A stretch of DNA of 37,168 nt from a bacterium (GCA_046757165.1 JBHHXT010000029.1:1-37168); one strand, 5' to 3'. Positions 18,260-28,135 are shown, numbered from the stretch's first letter. The notes: a model not told the origin generated them from the letters alone. A program made the numbers and translations.

Positions 18260-18873
18260 TCTTGGGAGCGGTCCTTGGGCGGGTCCTCGTCATCCTGCAA
18301 CGAACGTAGGAGGCCGTTACTCTGATTGCCGCGTTTTTTCCCCGAGAGATTCTCCAAACTTTCTTTCAATTCCGAAGAGAAAGACTTGGAGTGAGGCATG
18401 ACAACCATCAGCAGGTTGAACATTTTCGGAGCAAGGTCTTTAACGGGGTTGAAAAGCAAACTGTCTTTCTTTTGCGGCATCATTTGGTCACTGAACGGAA
18501 CAATAGAGAGCAGAAGCGCTACCAGGCTGGCAACGACCAGCCCTTTTAGCAAGCCGACCCCACCGCCGGCAAGCCGCTCGAGCCAGCCAGCAAACGTGTA
18601 TTTGACAATCTGATGCAGGAGGTAACTCACCAACTGGAAGCATAGCTGGGAGCTGATAAAGATCACCAGGAACGCGAGCACGGTGATCATGGCAGGCGGG
18701 ATGCTCAAAACGTTGTCGATGGCATCCGCCACATTGCTCATGTATTTTGTCGCCACCACCAGCGAAACAACCAGGGCAATCAGTCCGATCGTTTCGTTGA
18801 TGATGCCCCGGAACAACCCTTTCAGCGTAAAGGCAGCGATGACAGCCAGGATAATATAGTCTATGGAAGTCAT
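18256..18873 (-). CDS. cvpA: CvpA family membrane protein
   Basis: IDYIIL...KGLFRGII.E and ERLAGGGVGLLKG motifs; four TM segments; overlaps the mutS2 start by 4 nt (ATGA). Confidence 0.85.
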   Translation of the reverse strand: MTSIDYIILAVIAAFTLKGLFRGIINETIGLIALVVSLVVATKYMSNVADAIDNVLSIPPAMITVLAFLVIFISSQLCFQLVSYLLHQIVKYTFAGWLERLAGGGVGLLKGLVVASLVALLLSIVPFSDQMMPQKKDSLLFNPVKDLAPKMFNLLMVVMPHSKSFSSELKESLENLSGKKRGNQSNGLLRSLQDDEDPPKDRSQE

Positions 18874-18937
18874 AAAACAAAAAAGTGAACAGAAATGGCC
18901 TGCTCACCTGGCATCTTAGAGATGACTCTTGCAACGG

Positions 18938-19381
18938 CTACGCCAGTTTTTGGCGCACCATTTCCTGGACCACCTTGCCATCGGCTTTACCTTTTAGCTG
19001 TTGCATCGCGCTACTCATGACTTTTCCCAGATCCTTTTGCGTGGTTGCGCCGGTGTCGGCAATGATTTCCGAGACGACCCTTTCAATTTCTTCTTTCGAA
19101 AGCTGCTCGGGCAGGTAAGCCGTAATGATCTCGAGTTCTTCCTTTTCCTTGGCGAGCAGGTCATCGCGGCTGCTCTTTTCGTACATGGCGATGGCTTCCT
19201 TGCGCTTTTTGGCCGCGTTGTTTAAGACGCCCAGGACTTCATCTTCGTTGAGAGCATCCCCTCTGGCGATTTCTGCATCTATTAGCTGTGCGCGCACCAT
19301 ACGCAACGTGCCAACCTTGAGGGCATCTCTGGCCTTCATGGCCAATTTCAGGTCATCCGAGAGTCTATCTTGTAAACTCAT
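18938..19381 (-). CDS. yqeY: GatB/YqeY domain protein
   Basis: SLQDRLSDDLKLAMKARD, KKRKEAI..Y....R.DL..KE, YLPEQLS, DLGKVM, GKADGK; follows rpsU as usual. Confidence 0.93.
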   Translation of the reverse strand: MSLQDRLSDDLKLAMKARDALKVGTLRMVRAQLIDAEIARGDALNEDEVLGVLNNAAKKRKEAIAMYEKSSRDDLLAKEKEELEIITAYLPEQLSKEEIERVVSEIIADTGATTQKDLGKVMSSAMQQLKGKADGKVVQEMVRQKLA

Positions 19382-19429
19382 TTTACAAAAGACAGAATCG
19401 TTTGGTTGTGAATTGCAACGACTAGGAAA

Positions 19430-19627
19430 TCAGGAGTTTTCCAGCATCATCATTCGGCGATGTTTTCTCCGGGCTGCCGACAATTTTCTCTTTTTCTTTT
19501 CGCTCGGCTTTTCGAAGTGCTGATGTTTCCGGTACTCAGAGAAGATACCGGCTTTTTGGCAGGCCTTGGTGAACCGTTTGAGTGCTCTCTCGAAATTCTC
19601 GCCCTCTCTTATCTTGACACTCGGCAT
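19430..19627 (-). CDS. rpsU: 30S ribosomal protein S21
   Basis: [16 protein letters not shown]...[19 protein letters not shown]. Confidence 0.96.
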   Translation of the reverse strand: MPSVKIREGENFERALKRFTKACQKAGIFSEYRKHQHFEKPSEKKKRKLSAARRKHRRMMMLENS

Positions 19628-19710
19628 AAAACTTGAAACCTCCTATGTCGTTACACTTTGCAACTTGAAGAAAATAGCAAGGATGAAAGAATTGAAGTCG
19701 ACAAATGTTA

Positions 19711-19739
19711 ATCATATCGCTTTTTCTACTCAAAAGCAA
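19711..19739 (-). promoter_or_regulatory. Putative sigma70 promoter for the rpsU operon
   Basis: TTGCTT-N17-TATGAT on the minus strand in the AT-rich gap upstream of rpsU. Confidence 0.6.
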
Positions 19740-19794
19740 GTTCTTTTTTAGGAATCGACACATTTTCCTGAAGGTTGCGGCCGGCGCCATCACC

Positions 19795-20535
19795 CTACCC
19801 CAACTCGCCCATCAACTCCAGAATCAAGCCGGCGCCGATTATGGCCGCGGTTTCCGTTCTCAGTCGCCTGGGGCCAAGCCCTATTGGGATAAAGCCGCAA
19901 GCTCGTGCCAGCGCTATTTCTTCCCCGGTGAACCCACCCTCTGGCCCCACACACAGAACGCCGGTCTTCGCCGGCGTTTGCGAGCGCGCTGGTTTGAGCA
20001 CACGCCTCACAGTTGCACCGGTCACTTCCTCGTGCGCTATCAACCGAATCTCCTCGCTCACACAACTCAGGAAGGCTGGAAAGGGTTGCGGCTTTCTGAC
20101 TGGCGGCAGAATCGAACGGCGACTTTGTTTCATCGCTGCAAGCGCGATCTTTTGGCACCGCGCTTCTTTGACCGATTTTGCCACCGCCACCGTTCGTTCC
20201 GTTGTTAAAGGAACGAAACATGAGACACCCACTTCCGTCCCCTTTTCGACCACCCATTCCAGTTTTTCCCTCCTCGGGATGGCAACCGCCAGCGTTAACA
20301 GAAATTCAGGCTCACCCAATCTTGCAATTGTGCCACAGATTGACGCGACCACCGTGCCCTTGTCGATGGTCACAACTTCGCATTCGTACACAGCCCCCTG
20401 GCCATCGGCGGCGGCAAATCGATCTCCCGGCCCGCGCCGGAGAACATGGCTCAAATGATGTGACTCGGCTCTGTTTAGATGGAGCCGGCCCCGGGCGATA
20501 CGCTCAGGCTCAACATAAAAGAGTTCTTTGGGCAT
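19795..20535 (-). CDS. rsmE: 16S rRNA m3U1498 methyltransferase
   Basis: HHLSHVLRR, EKGTEVGV, AAMKQSRR, VGPEGGF, LGPRRLRTETAA. ATG at 20535 has SD AGGAG; the ORF-track extension to 20637 overlaps the upstream gene. Confidence 0.93.
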   Translation of the reverse strand: MPKELFYVEPERIARGRLHLNRAESHHLSHVLRRGPGDRFAAADGQGAVYECEVVTIDKGTVVASICGTIARLGEPEFLLTLAVAIPRREKLEWVVEKGTEVGVSCFVPLTTERTVAVAKSVKEARCQKIALAAMKQSRRSILPPVRKPQPFPAFLSCVSEEIRLIAHEEVTGATVRRVLKPARSQTPAKTGVLCVGPEGGFTGEEIALARACGFIPIGLGPRRLRTETAAIIGAGLILELMGELG

Positions 20536-20572
20536 GGCCTCTCCTGTAAAAGATACAGGCCCCGGCTGTCTA

Positions 20573-21511
20573 TCACTGTGATTTCTTTTCGAAAACGAGT
20601 CTGAACTTTCTTGGCTGGACGTCACGGTAGCTGACACCCGGGGGCGGGATAATTCGGGCGGGATGTTCCTGGCCGAGCGACTTTCTCACTCGCCGGTAGT
20701 CGATGTACGCAATAATATCATCGCGGTCGATCTGAGTCAGCAAATCCCCTCCGCCTTCCAGAACAAGACTCAACGTGGTCGGGCGGGCGTAGACCGTGAC
20801 ATGCTCCGGAACATGGCGAACCTGCACAGGCACGCCGGTGACCTTTATCTCCACCAGTTCTTGAATGTTCAAATAAATGTCTGTCTGGCTGACGGAAAAC
20901 TCAGTCTTATCGGAGGGCGGGGAGGCCAGGGGCACCTTCTGCTGCAAATCAAATCGCAGGTCAGAGAACTCCTCTTCTGAGGTCGGGATTCTGTCTATCT
21001 GGGACACGATACTTTTCGGCCCGGACACAACGACCGAGTCCGGCGTCAACTGAATCTCGCCCACCGGCGTAAAGCCGGGAGCGACCTCGATTCTAACCTT
21101 TGGCACAATGGCGACGGTTTTCACATGAAAATCGTCGACGACGACGTGAATAGAGTCGGGCAGGATGATCTCTTCGAAAGAGATTGCGCCTGCAGATCTG
21201 GAAAGAAAGATATGCCTCGGCTCGATGAAAAAAGTCTTGTTCTGCTCGACGTCAGACAAATCCAGGTCAACCCGGGCACCGCCACTGAGGCCCAGGGCGA
21301 TCAAATCCTTACCCGATCCCTTCACCTTGACCTTGACACCCTCCAGGATGTCGTCCAGAATAACCTTGCCCTCGGGCAAGTTTACCGTTTCCACCGGAAT
21401 CTCGATAACGTTCTCATACTCGTTTTCGGTGATCACAAAAAACCAGATAAAAATCGCCACAATAAACACGATTAGTTTTATCTTGTAGTTGTGAAAAAAC
21501 GGCAAACTCAT
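20573..21511 (-). CDS. YbbR/CdaR-like protein (N-terminal TM plus YbbR beta repeats)
   Basis: NYKIKLIVFIVAIFIWFFV membrane anchor; repeated V.V.G, P..V.VSGP.S and AYID motifs typical of YbbR domains. Confidence 0.8.
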   Translation of the reverse strand: MSLPFFHNYKIKLIVFIVAIFIWFFVITENEYENVIEIPVETVNLPEGKVILDDILEGVKVKVKGSGKDLIALGLSGGARVDLDLSDVEQNKTFFIEPRHIFLSRSAGAISFEEIILPDSIHVVVDDFHVKTVAIVPKVRIEVAPGFTPVGEIQLTPDSVVVSGPKSIVSQIDRIPTSEEEFSDLRFDLQQKVPLASPPSDKTEFSVSQTDIYLNIQELVEIKVTGVPVQVRHVPEHVTVYARPTTLSLVLEGGGDLLTQIDRDDIIAYIDYRRVRKSLGQEHPARIIPPPGVSYRDVQPRKFRLVFEKKSQ

Positions 21512-21572
21512 TCTCGCATTAGGAACAAGGCATCAAGCAACGACCCGATACCCTGCTCAGATAATCCTTCAT

Positions 21573-21764
21573 CTATTTCAAAGACTGCTGAATCTCCCGT
21601 CCGATACTGACCTCTCCGTTGTCAATGCGAATGTTAAAGCCGCACTTGGGATTGCTGCAGACCCAGGCCTTGTACATTATCGATGAGCCCTCCCTGCCGT
21701 AGTCGGACAGCGGGACGAGTACGCCTGTGTTGCATTTCTGACAGTCAGGAAAAACTTTTTCCAT
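21573..21764 (-). CDS. Small conserved-looking zinc-ribbon protein (63 aa)
   Basis: MEKVFPDCQKCNTGVLVPLSDYG...YKAWVCSNPKCGF has CxxC...CxxxxC; SD GGTGAGG before ATG 21764. Confidence 0.75.
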   Translation of the reverse strand: MEKVFPDCQKCNTGVLVPLSDYGREGSSIMYKAWVCSNPKCGFNIRIDNGEVSIGREIQQSLK

Positions 21765-21849
21765 AGGGTCCTCACCATAAAGGATAAAAAAGGGAGTCAT
21801 AAAACCGAATACATAGATGATTGTTTCTTCACCGCTTAAATGTAAAACT

Positions 21850-21878
21850 ATATTAAAGAATAAATTGAAAAGAAGCAA
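21850..21878 (-). promoter_or_regulatory. Putative sigma70 promoter for the Zn-ribbon/ybbR/rsmE unit
   Basis: TTGCTT-N17-TAATAT just downstream of the rplI terminator; same -35 hexamer as the rpsU promoter candidate. Confidence 0.45.
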
Positions 21879-21900
21879 CCATTTTAATCACACCCAGGAC

Positions 21901-21931
21901 AAAAAAGAAAAAGTGGACCGTAATCCACTTT
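21901..21931 (-). terminator. Rho-independent terminator after rplI
   Basis: Minus strand AAAGTGGA-TTACGG-TCCACTTT followed by TTCTTTTTT. Confidence 0.7.
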
Positions 21932-21964
21932 CTGTCCAACTGAGGCCGCGTTGTCCTGCGCGGG

Positions 21965-22408
21965 TTATTCTTTCACAACCCAGACCTTAATCACGGCCTC
22001 AACTTCACTGTGTAGTTTGATCGGAATCTCGTAGACACCAAGAGCCTTCAGGGGTTCCTCCAGCAAGATTTTGCGACGGTCGATTTCAAACCCTTTGCTG
22101 CTCAGCAATTCCGCGATATTCTGGGACGTCACCGAGCCAAAAATCTTGTCCTCCTCACCGACAGCAACGGGGGCCGTAAGAGAAACACTCTTGAGCTGCT
22201 CCGCCAGAGCCACGGCAGCACGTTTGTCCTTTGACTGCCTGACCTCGATTCGCTTTTTTTCCAGCTCAAAGACTTTTAGGTTCTGAGGTGTCGCCTGGAG
22301 TGCGACCCGACGGGGGATGAGGTAGTTTCTGGCGTAGCCAGCCTTGACTTCAACGATGTCTCCCGGCAGGCCGAGATTCTCGACACCTTCTTTCAAGATC
22401 ACTTTCAT
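21965..22408 (-). CDS. rplI: 50S ribosomal protein L9
   Basis: MKVILKEGVENLG..GDIVEVKAGYARNYLIP, IFGSVT, LKALG; SD GAGGT. Confidence 0.97.
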   Translation of the reverse strand: MKVILKEGVENLGLPGDIVEVKAGYARNYLIPRRVALQATPQNLKVFELEKKRIEVRQSKDKRAAVALAEQLKSVSLTAPVAVGEEDKIFGSVTSQNIAELLSSKGFEIDRRKILLEEPLKALGVYEIPIKLHSEVEAVIKVWVVKE

Positions 22409-22445
22409 GGCACCTCTATTCTGACGATTGAGTTCGCTGTCAACA

Positions 22446-22676
22446 CTATCTAGGATTCTCCATAACATACGGCATCAACGCAAGGTGTCTCGCCCGCTTT
22501 ATGGCACGTTTTACCAATCTCTGGCATCTTGCATCGTTGCCCGAGGTTCGTCTCGGAATAATCTTCCCTTGTTCCGTGACGAATCTCATCAGCAGATCAA
22601 CGTTTTTGTAGTGGATATCTGAGATGGACGGGCCATCCTTCTCATAGAAACGGTTTACTTTTTTCTTCTTTAACAT
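22446..22676 (-). CDS. rpsR: 30S ribosomal protein S18 (lacks the CxxC zinc motif)
   Basis: [26 protein letters not shown]...QR...[13 protein letters not shown]. Confidence 0.95.
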   Translation of the reverse strand: MLKKKKVNRFYEKDGPSISDIHYKNVDLLMRFVTEQGKIIPRRTSGNDARCQRLVKRAIKRARHLALMPYVMENPR

Positions 22677-22679
22677 GGG

Positions 22680-23186
22680 TTACTCCTTTATTTCAAGCGT
22701 AATATCTTCCAGATCGAAACCGTAGTTTGTTGACTCGAGCTCATCCGTGTCTGTCGAGTCATTCAAAACCTCGACCGAATCAAAAGCCAAGTCATTAGTG
22801 CTTGTTTGATCAACCTGGCTGATTTCCGTATCGCTTCTGGTCTGCCGATTCAAGAATTGAATTCGCCGCGCCTTGATCTCGACAACGTTGTTATGGTTGC
22901 CTTCGCTGGTGGTCCAGCTTCTACTTTGCAGCTCCCCTTCCACAAGCACGGCCGAGCCCTTTCTGAGATGTTCATAACAACTATCGGCAAGCTTATACCA
23001 TGCCACAACGCCTACAAAACAGACATTCTCGCGCCATTGCCCGGTATTGTCTCTAAACTTGCGATTCGACGCGATGTAGAAGTTTGCAACGGGCGTCCCG
23101 TTTGTCGTTCTTCGCAAAGTTGGGTCATTGGTCAAATTTCCTGCAATCAAGACATTGTTGATATCCGGCATTTTTAGACTTGACAT
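22680..23186 (-). CDS. ssb: Single-stranded DNA-binding protein
   Basis: NNVLIAGNLTNDP.LR.T..G.PV..F, VVAW, KGSAVLVEGELQSRSW, IQFL; lies between rpsF and rpsR; SD GGAGGG before ATG 23186. Confidence 0.92.
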   Translation of the reverse strand: MSSLKMPDINNVLIAGNLTNDPTLRRTTNGTPVANFYIASNRKFRDNTGQWRENVCFVGVVAWYKLADSCYEHLRKGSAVLVEGELQSRSWTTSEGNHNNVVEIKARRIQFLNRQTRSDTEISQVDQTSTNDLAFDSVEVLNDSTDTDELESTNYGFDLEDITLEIKE

Positions 23187-23257
23187 AGCCACTCCCTCCA
23201 ATCGACATTAGACGTTCTACGTCCGGAAATTCCTAATCACAGCACTCCATTGCCTGG

Positions 23258-23731
23258 CTAATCTTCCGGTGTTGCGGCTCCCTCGTCACTGATAGCAACC
23301 GGTTCTGATTTTTGCTCTTGCTCCTCGGAAGCACTGTCGGCGGGTTCGCTCTCCGAGTCTGGTGCCGTGCTTTGAGCAGCCGGGGCCTCCGCCGTCGTCT
23401 CCGCCGGAGCCTCCGTTTTCGTCTCTTTCTCTTGCGGATAATTCCTCTTGTCCGCCTTGACGGTCAGGTATCGCAAGACGGACTCTTCCAGGCGGTATTC
23501 CCGCTCCAACAAGCGGGGGAGCGTAGCGGAGCCTTCGAAAAGAAGATGAAAATAGTAGCCATATTGCTTGCGATTGATTTCATAGGCAAGTCGCTTCTTG
23601 CCCCACTCTTCTTTTTTCAGGATGTTGCCGCCGTGGTTCTTGATGAAGCTCTCCACCTTTGTGATAATGGCCTGCACGTCATCAGACTTTTGCTGGGACT
23701 CGATTATGAAGGTTGTTTCATATTTCTGCAA
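23258..23731 (-). CDS. rpsF: 30S ribosomal protein S6 with long acidic C-terminal tail
   Basis: YETTFII, EEWGKKRLAYEI, GYY, VLRYL; TTG start with SD GGAGGTG. Confidence 0.96.
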   Translation of the reverse strand: MQKYETTFIIESQQKSDDVQAIITKVESFIKNHGGNILKKEEWGKKRLAYEINRKQYGYYFHLLFEGSATLPRLLEREYRLEESVLRYLTVKADKRNYPQEKETKTEAPAETTAEAPAAQSTAPDSESEPADSASEEQEQKSEPVAISDEGAATPED

Positions 23732-23814
23732 GTTGCGTTACACCTCCTGTTTAGGGTTTTAGAGTTAATAGTGTGAATGGGTTAAGGTTCATGGGTTGCT
23801 TTTGATCTCTATTC

Positions 23815-25827
23815 CTATACTCTAAATAAGGGCGCCAGGACCAGGGAAATGACGGCCATGAGCTTGATCAGAATATTGATCGAGGGTCCGACCGTGTCCT
23901 TTAGGGGATCCCCGACGGTGTCACCGATGACGGTGGCTTTATGGGTACTCGACCCCTTGCCGCCATAATTTCCTTCTTCAACGAATTTCTTTGCATTGTC
24001 CATTGCACCGCCCGAGTTAGCCATTTGGATGCCAAGCATGACGCCGGTGATGAGCGCGCCAACGAGAAGTCCGGCGAGCGCGGCCGGGCCCAGCCACAGG
24101 CCAACCACGACTGGTGCGATGATCGCCATAGAACCAGGGACAAGCATCCCCTGAATTGCGCCTGTTGTGCTAATATCGACGCACCGGGCTGAATCGGGCA
24201 TGACCTTACCTTCCATAAGGCCGGGGATCTCGCGGAACTGACGGCGAACTTCCTCGATCATCTTAAAAGCAGCCTTGCTGACGGCTTTGAATAACATGGA
24301 GGAAATCAGAAACGGGAGCATGCCGCCGATAAGAAGACCCGCCAACACCGTCGGACTCTTGATGTCAGCCACCTCCACCTGGGCTGATTTCATGTAAGCC
24401 ACCAGCAGCCCGAGTGCAGCAAATGCCGCCGAGCCAATAGCAAACCCCTTGCCCATGGCCGCTGTTGTATTGCCGACGGAATCCAGGTTATCAGTAATCT
24501 TGCGCACCTTCGGGTCGAGTTCTGCCATCTCCGCAATGCCACCCGCGTTGTCTGCAATCGGGCCGTAGGAGTCGACCGCGACCACCATGCCTGTGGTGGC
24601 AAGCATGCCCAGGGCGGCCATGGCAACCCCGTAGATGCCAGCAAACTTAAACGACAGCAACACCGCGATGGCGAGCGCAATGACCGGACCCGCGGTCGAA
24701 GCCATGCCAATAGAAATGCCACCCGTCACGGTCAAAGCCGGGCCACTTTGCGATTCATCAGCAAGCTTCTTGACCGGACCGTACTTGTTCGACGTATAGT
24801 ACTCGCTGAACAAGCCAACAATAACCCCCGAAATGACCCCAGCGATGGTGGCATAAAACGGGCCCATCTTCGCGTAATTATTGCCATCTTCAACAAAATC
24901 AGTGCCGAATTCCCTCACAATGAAGTACGTGGCCAGGGCTGTCAGACCCGCACTGACATAGGTTCCGGCCATCAAAGCGCGCTGTGGGTTCGAGCGGCCG
25001 GTCAGCCGCACATATAGGACCCCGATGATCGACGCCACGATACCGACGCTCGCGATATAAAACGGGAGCATCTGCAAGCTGTCCGTCGTCAGACCGATAA
25101 GCGCGGCAATCGCAAGCGCAGCGATGATCGATTCCACATAGGATTCCAGCAAATCCGCACCGAGGCCGGCGACATCACCGACGTTATCGCCAACATTGTC
25201 GGCAATCACGGCCGGATTGCGCGGGTCATCTTCGGGGATATTCGCCTCCACCTTGCCAACCAGGTCGGCGGCCATGTCTGCACCCTTGGTGAAAATCCCG
25301 CCGCCGCTGCGTGCAAACAGCGCCACCAGGCTGGCGCCCATGGCGTAGCCATTGATGATCGTGGGGTTACCCTCGAAGATGTGGAACATCAGACAGAGGC
25401 CAAACAAGGAGAGTCCGACCACGCTCATGCCCATGACCGCTCCACCGGCAACTGCGATGCTGAGCGCGCCCTGGAGGCCACCCGTGAGGGCGCCCTGTGT
25501 CGTGCGGCTGTTGGCACGCGTAGCGATGCTCATGCCGATGTAGCCGGCCAGTGCTGACGCAATCGCGCCGCAGATGAAGGCGACCGACGTCCTCCAACCC
25601 AGGTCGACCTGGGCGAACTTCGGGGCCAGGGCAATGAGTGCAGAGATGATGAGAACAAAAACACCAATATAGAAATACTCACGCTTCAAGAAAGCCTTTG
25701 CACCGTCCTGTACCGCTTTGGAAATCTCTGCCATGCGTGGACTACCCGGGTCTTTCTTAATAACATCCATGCTTAGATACGCGACAAAACCAAGTGCGAC
25801 CAAACTGGCAATAATTGGAATAATCAA
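23815..25827 (-). CDS. hppA: Membrane-integral pyrophosphatase, K+-dependent, probably Na+-translocating
   Basis: [44 protein letters not shown] (Ala at the K+-dependence position), [12 protein letters not shown] start with SD GGAGG. Confidence 0.95.
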   Translation of the reverse strand: MIIPIIASLVALGFVAYLSMDVIKKDPGSPRMAEISKAVQDGAKAFLKREYFYIGVFVLIISALIALAPKFAQVDLGWRTSVAFICGAIASALAGYIGMSIATRANSRTTQGALTGGLQGALSIAVAGGAVMGMSVVGLSLFGLCLMFHIFEGNPTIINGYAMGASLVALFARSGGGIFTKGADMAADLVGKVEANIPEDDPRNPAVIADNVGDNVGDVAGLGADLLESYVESIIAALAIAALIGLTTDSLQMLPFYIASVGIVASIIGVLYVRLTGRSNPQRALMAGTYVSAGLTALATYFIVREFGTDFVEDGNNYAKMGPFYATIAGVISGVIVGLFSEYYTSNKYGPVKKLADESQSGPALTVTGGISIGMASTAGPVIALAIAVLLSFKFAGIYGVAMAALGMLATTGMVVAVDSYGPIADNAGGIAEMAELDPKVRKITDNLDSVGNTTAAMGKGFAIGSAAFAALGLLVAYMKSAQVEVADIKSPTVLAGLLIGGMLPFLISSMLFKAVSKAAFKMIEEVRRQFREIPGLMEGKVMPDSARCVDISTTGAIQGMLVPGSMAIIAPVVVGLWLGPAALAGLLVGALITGVMLGIQMANSGGAMDNAKKFVEEGNYGGKGSSTHKATVIGDTVGDPLKDTVGPSINILIKLMAVISLVLAPLFRV

Positions 25828-25852
25828 GGCGAAATCCTCCTGAAATCTGATC

Positions 25853-26425
25853 CTAATTATATTTGTTCATTGTTTTGGTGATGCCGTGATGGGCAAAAAA
25901 CCGACACGCTTCTGCCGCAGTCCTTATGACGTCTACAAGCGAGTTCCTCTCTTCCAGACAAAACCGCCCGAGCACGAAGCGCACCGGATCGTCGACCTCT
26001 TCCTGCCCGATGCCAATGCGCAATCGCGGGAAAGAATGGTCTTGCAGATGCGCGATGATGGATTTGAGGCCATTGTGGCCACCAGCGCTCCCTTTGCGCT
26101 TGAACCGAAGTCTGCCAAAAGGAAGATTGAAATCGTCCAAGATAACGAGAAGATTGCTCAGAGGAATATTGGAGTTATCAACAACTTCAGATACAGCAAC
26201 TCCGCTTCTATTCATGTAAGTCAGGGGCTTTAGCAAAATAACACGATGTTCGTCACTTAGTCTGATCTCAAACCGAGAGAAAATTCTACTCTTTTTTTCA
26301 GATACCTTGTCATGATCATGCGTCCGGAGGAGTTCATCAATCACCATGAAGCCAACGTTGTGTCGCGTGTGCTTGTACTTTGCTCCGGGATTCCCCAGTC
26401 CGACGAACAGATGTCTGGCGTGCAT
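25853..26425 (-). CDS. pth: Peptidyl-tRNA hydrolase
   Basis: VGLGNPG..Y..TRHNVGF, KPLTYMNRSG, GGHNGLKSI, RLRIGIG. Confidence 0.97.
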   Translation of the reverse strand: MHARHLFVGLGNPGAKYKHTRHNVGFMVIDELLRTHDHDKVSEKKSRIFSRFEIRLSDEHRVILLKPLTYMNRSGVAVSEVVDNSNIPLSNLLVILDDFNLPFGRLRFKRKGSAGGHNGLKSIIAHLQDHSFPRLRIGIGQEEVDDPVRFVLGRFCLEERNSLVDVIRTAAEACRFFAHHGITKTMNKYN

Positions 26426-26458
26426 AAGGTATGACTGAACTCAAAGCGCAGCCAGCAC

Positions 26459-27106
26459 TTACTCCTGTGCGCCCGCAGTTTCGTCTGCTTCTTCCTTTTT
26501 CTCGCCAACGACTTCGGGCTCGGCGACCTCTTCTTCGACCGCTTCGGGCTCTTTCGCAACCGTTGGTGGCCGCACGATGGCGATCGATTGATCGGCGTCG
26601 TTCAGGATTTTGACCCCTTCGATGGAGATGTCCCCAACATGGATAGCGTCCCCCACGTCAAGGTCTGAGATATCGACCTCCAGATGTTCCGGGATATCCA
26701 GCGGCAAGCACTCAATGGCAAGCTCGCGCAGCACCTGTTGCATCACACCGCCGGCGTTTTTCACGCCTGTCGATGTGCCAACAACGTGCACAGGAATGGT
26801 AACGTTCACCTTTTCTGTCAGTTTGATGCCCATGAAATCGACGTGCAAAGGATGGCCGGCGACCGGATGCCACTGGACATCTCGAACCACGCACTTCATC
26901 TTTTTTTTGCCATCCAGTGCCAGATCGATGACGCTGGATTCGGAATAGATCACGCTCTTAAACTCTTTCGCATCAATGGAAAGCGGAATAGGAGCCTCGC
27001 CGTGTATGTAGTAAACAGCCGGCACGCGCCCAGAGCGTCTCAGCCTCTTGTTTTCTTTCTTGTCGATTGTCATTCTTGCTTCAACATTCAACACGACTTC
27101 TGACAT
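26459..27106 (-). CDS. rplY: 50S ribosomal protein L25 / Ctc (long form)
   Basis: RLRRSGRVPAVYY, QWHPV...LHVDF, GVKNAGG, LPLDIPEHLEVDISDL. Confidence 0.96.
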   Translation of the reverse strand: MSEVVLNVEARMTIDKKENKRLRRSGRVPAVYYIHGEAPIPLSIDAKEFKSVIYSESSVIDLALDGKKKMKCVVRDVQWHPVAGHPLHVDFMGIKLTEKVNVTIPVHVVGTSTGVKNAGGVMQQVLRELAIECLPLDIPEHLEVDISDLDVGDAIHVGDISIEGVKILNDADQSIAIVRPPTVAKEPEAVEEEVAEPEVVGEKKEEADETAGAQE

Positions 27107-27120
27107 ATTGCTCTCCAGAT

Positions 27121-28056
27121 TTAGTCAAATAAAGAACTGATAGACTCTTCCCCATGTATTCGCTTAATCGCTTCACCAAACAAATGAGAAGCGGTCAGGA
27201 TATCTATTTTGTCAATACGCTTTTCCGCTGGCAAGCACACGGTATCAGTGATTTTCATTTTTGTAATCGGCGCCTCGTCAAGCCTTTCGAGGGCCGGGCC
27301 GGATAAGACCGGATGCGTACAAGCCACATAAATTTCCTGGGCGCCGTTTTTCTTCAACGCGACTGCCGCGTTGCAAAGGGTGCCGGCCGTGTCAACAAGG
27401 TCGTCGATGATTAGAATGTTTCGCCCCGACACATCTCCAATGATGTTGACGATCTCGGTTTCATTATGCTTGGGCCGACGTTTGTCAATGATAGCGAGCG
27501 GGGCATTTAGTCGTTTTGCATACGCTCGTGCCATGGTGATCCCGCCGACATCTGGAGACAGAACGGTGAGGTTGGGCACATTCATCTCCCGGAAATGGTC
27601 GCAGAAGATGGTTGAGGAGTACAGGTGGTCTAGCGGGATATCGAAGAAGCCCTGAATTTGCGGCGCATGCAGGTCCATGGCCAGGATGCGATCTGCGCCG
27701 GCGGTGGTCAACAGGTTCGCGACTAATTTCGCGGTGATCGAAACCCGGGGCTGGTCTTTGCGGTCCTGCCGGGCGTAGCCAAAATAAGGGATCACCGCGG
27801 TAATGCGCTCCGCCGATGCCCGTCTGGCAGCATCGAGCATGATGAGCAACTCCATGAGATTGTCCGAGGGCGAGTGGGTCGACTGCACAATAAAGACATC
27901 GGCGCCACGCACGTTCTGGTTGTACTTCACCCAGATTTCGCCGTCGCTAAAATAGCTGATGACGGCATCGCCCAACTGCACCTGCAGATAGTCCGCGATT
28001 TTTTCCGCCAGGGGGCGGTTTGAGTTGCCGGAAAAGAGGACTGGATTCGGTAACAT
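27121..28056 (-). CDS. prs: Ribose-phosphate pyrophosphokinase
   Basis: FSDGE, PYFGYARQDRK, DLHAPQIQGFF, SPDVGG, IDDLVDTAGT. Confidence 0.97.
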   Translation of the reverse strand: MLPNPVLFSGNSNRPLAEKIADYLQVQLGDAVISYFSDGEIWVKYNQNVRGADVFIVQSTHSPSDNLMELLIMLDAARRASAERITAVIPYFGYARQDRKDQPRVSITAKLVANLLTTAGADRILAMDLHAPQIQGFFDIPLDHLYSSTIFCDHFREMNVPNLTVLSPDVGGITMARAYAKRLNAPLAIIDKRRPKHNETEIVNIIGDVSGRNILIIDDLVDTAGTLCNAAVALKKNGAQEIYVACTHPVLSGPALERLDEAPITKMKITDTVCLPAEKRIDKIDILTASHLFGEAIKRIHGEESISSLFD

Positions 28057-28135
28057 GGTTTATATTCTTTAAACATAGAAAATGACGGTAACCCATCGCG
28101 GATTCCGCCATTTCGATCGTTCTTCGAGACTTTTG

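Noticed and set aside
18256..18873. cvpA as evidence of a bacteriocin locus
   Set aside because: CvpA is a widespread housekeeping membrane protein often next to mutS2; no bacteriocin or transporter genes are nearby.
23732..23814. Possible S6:S18 autoregulatory leader before rpsF
   Set aside because: AC-rich and largely unstructured; I could not build the conserved stem, so it is not supportable by eye.
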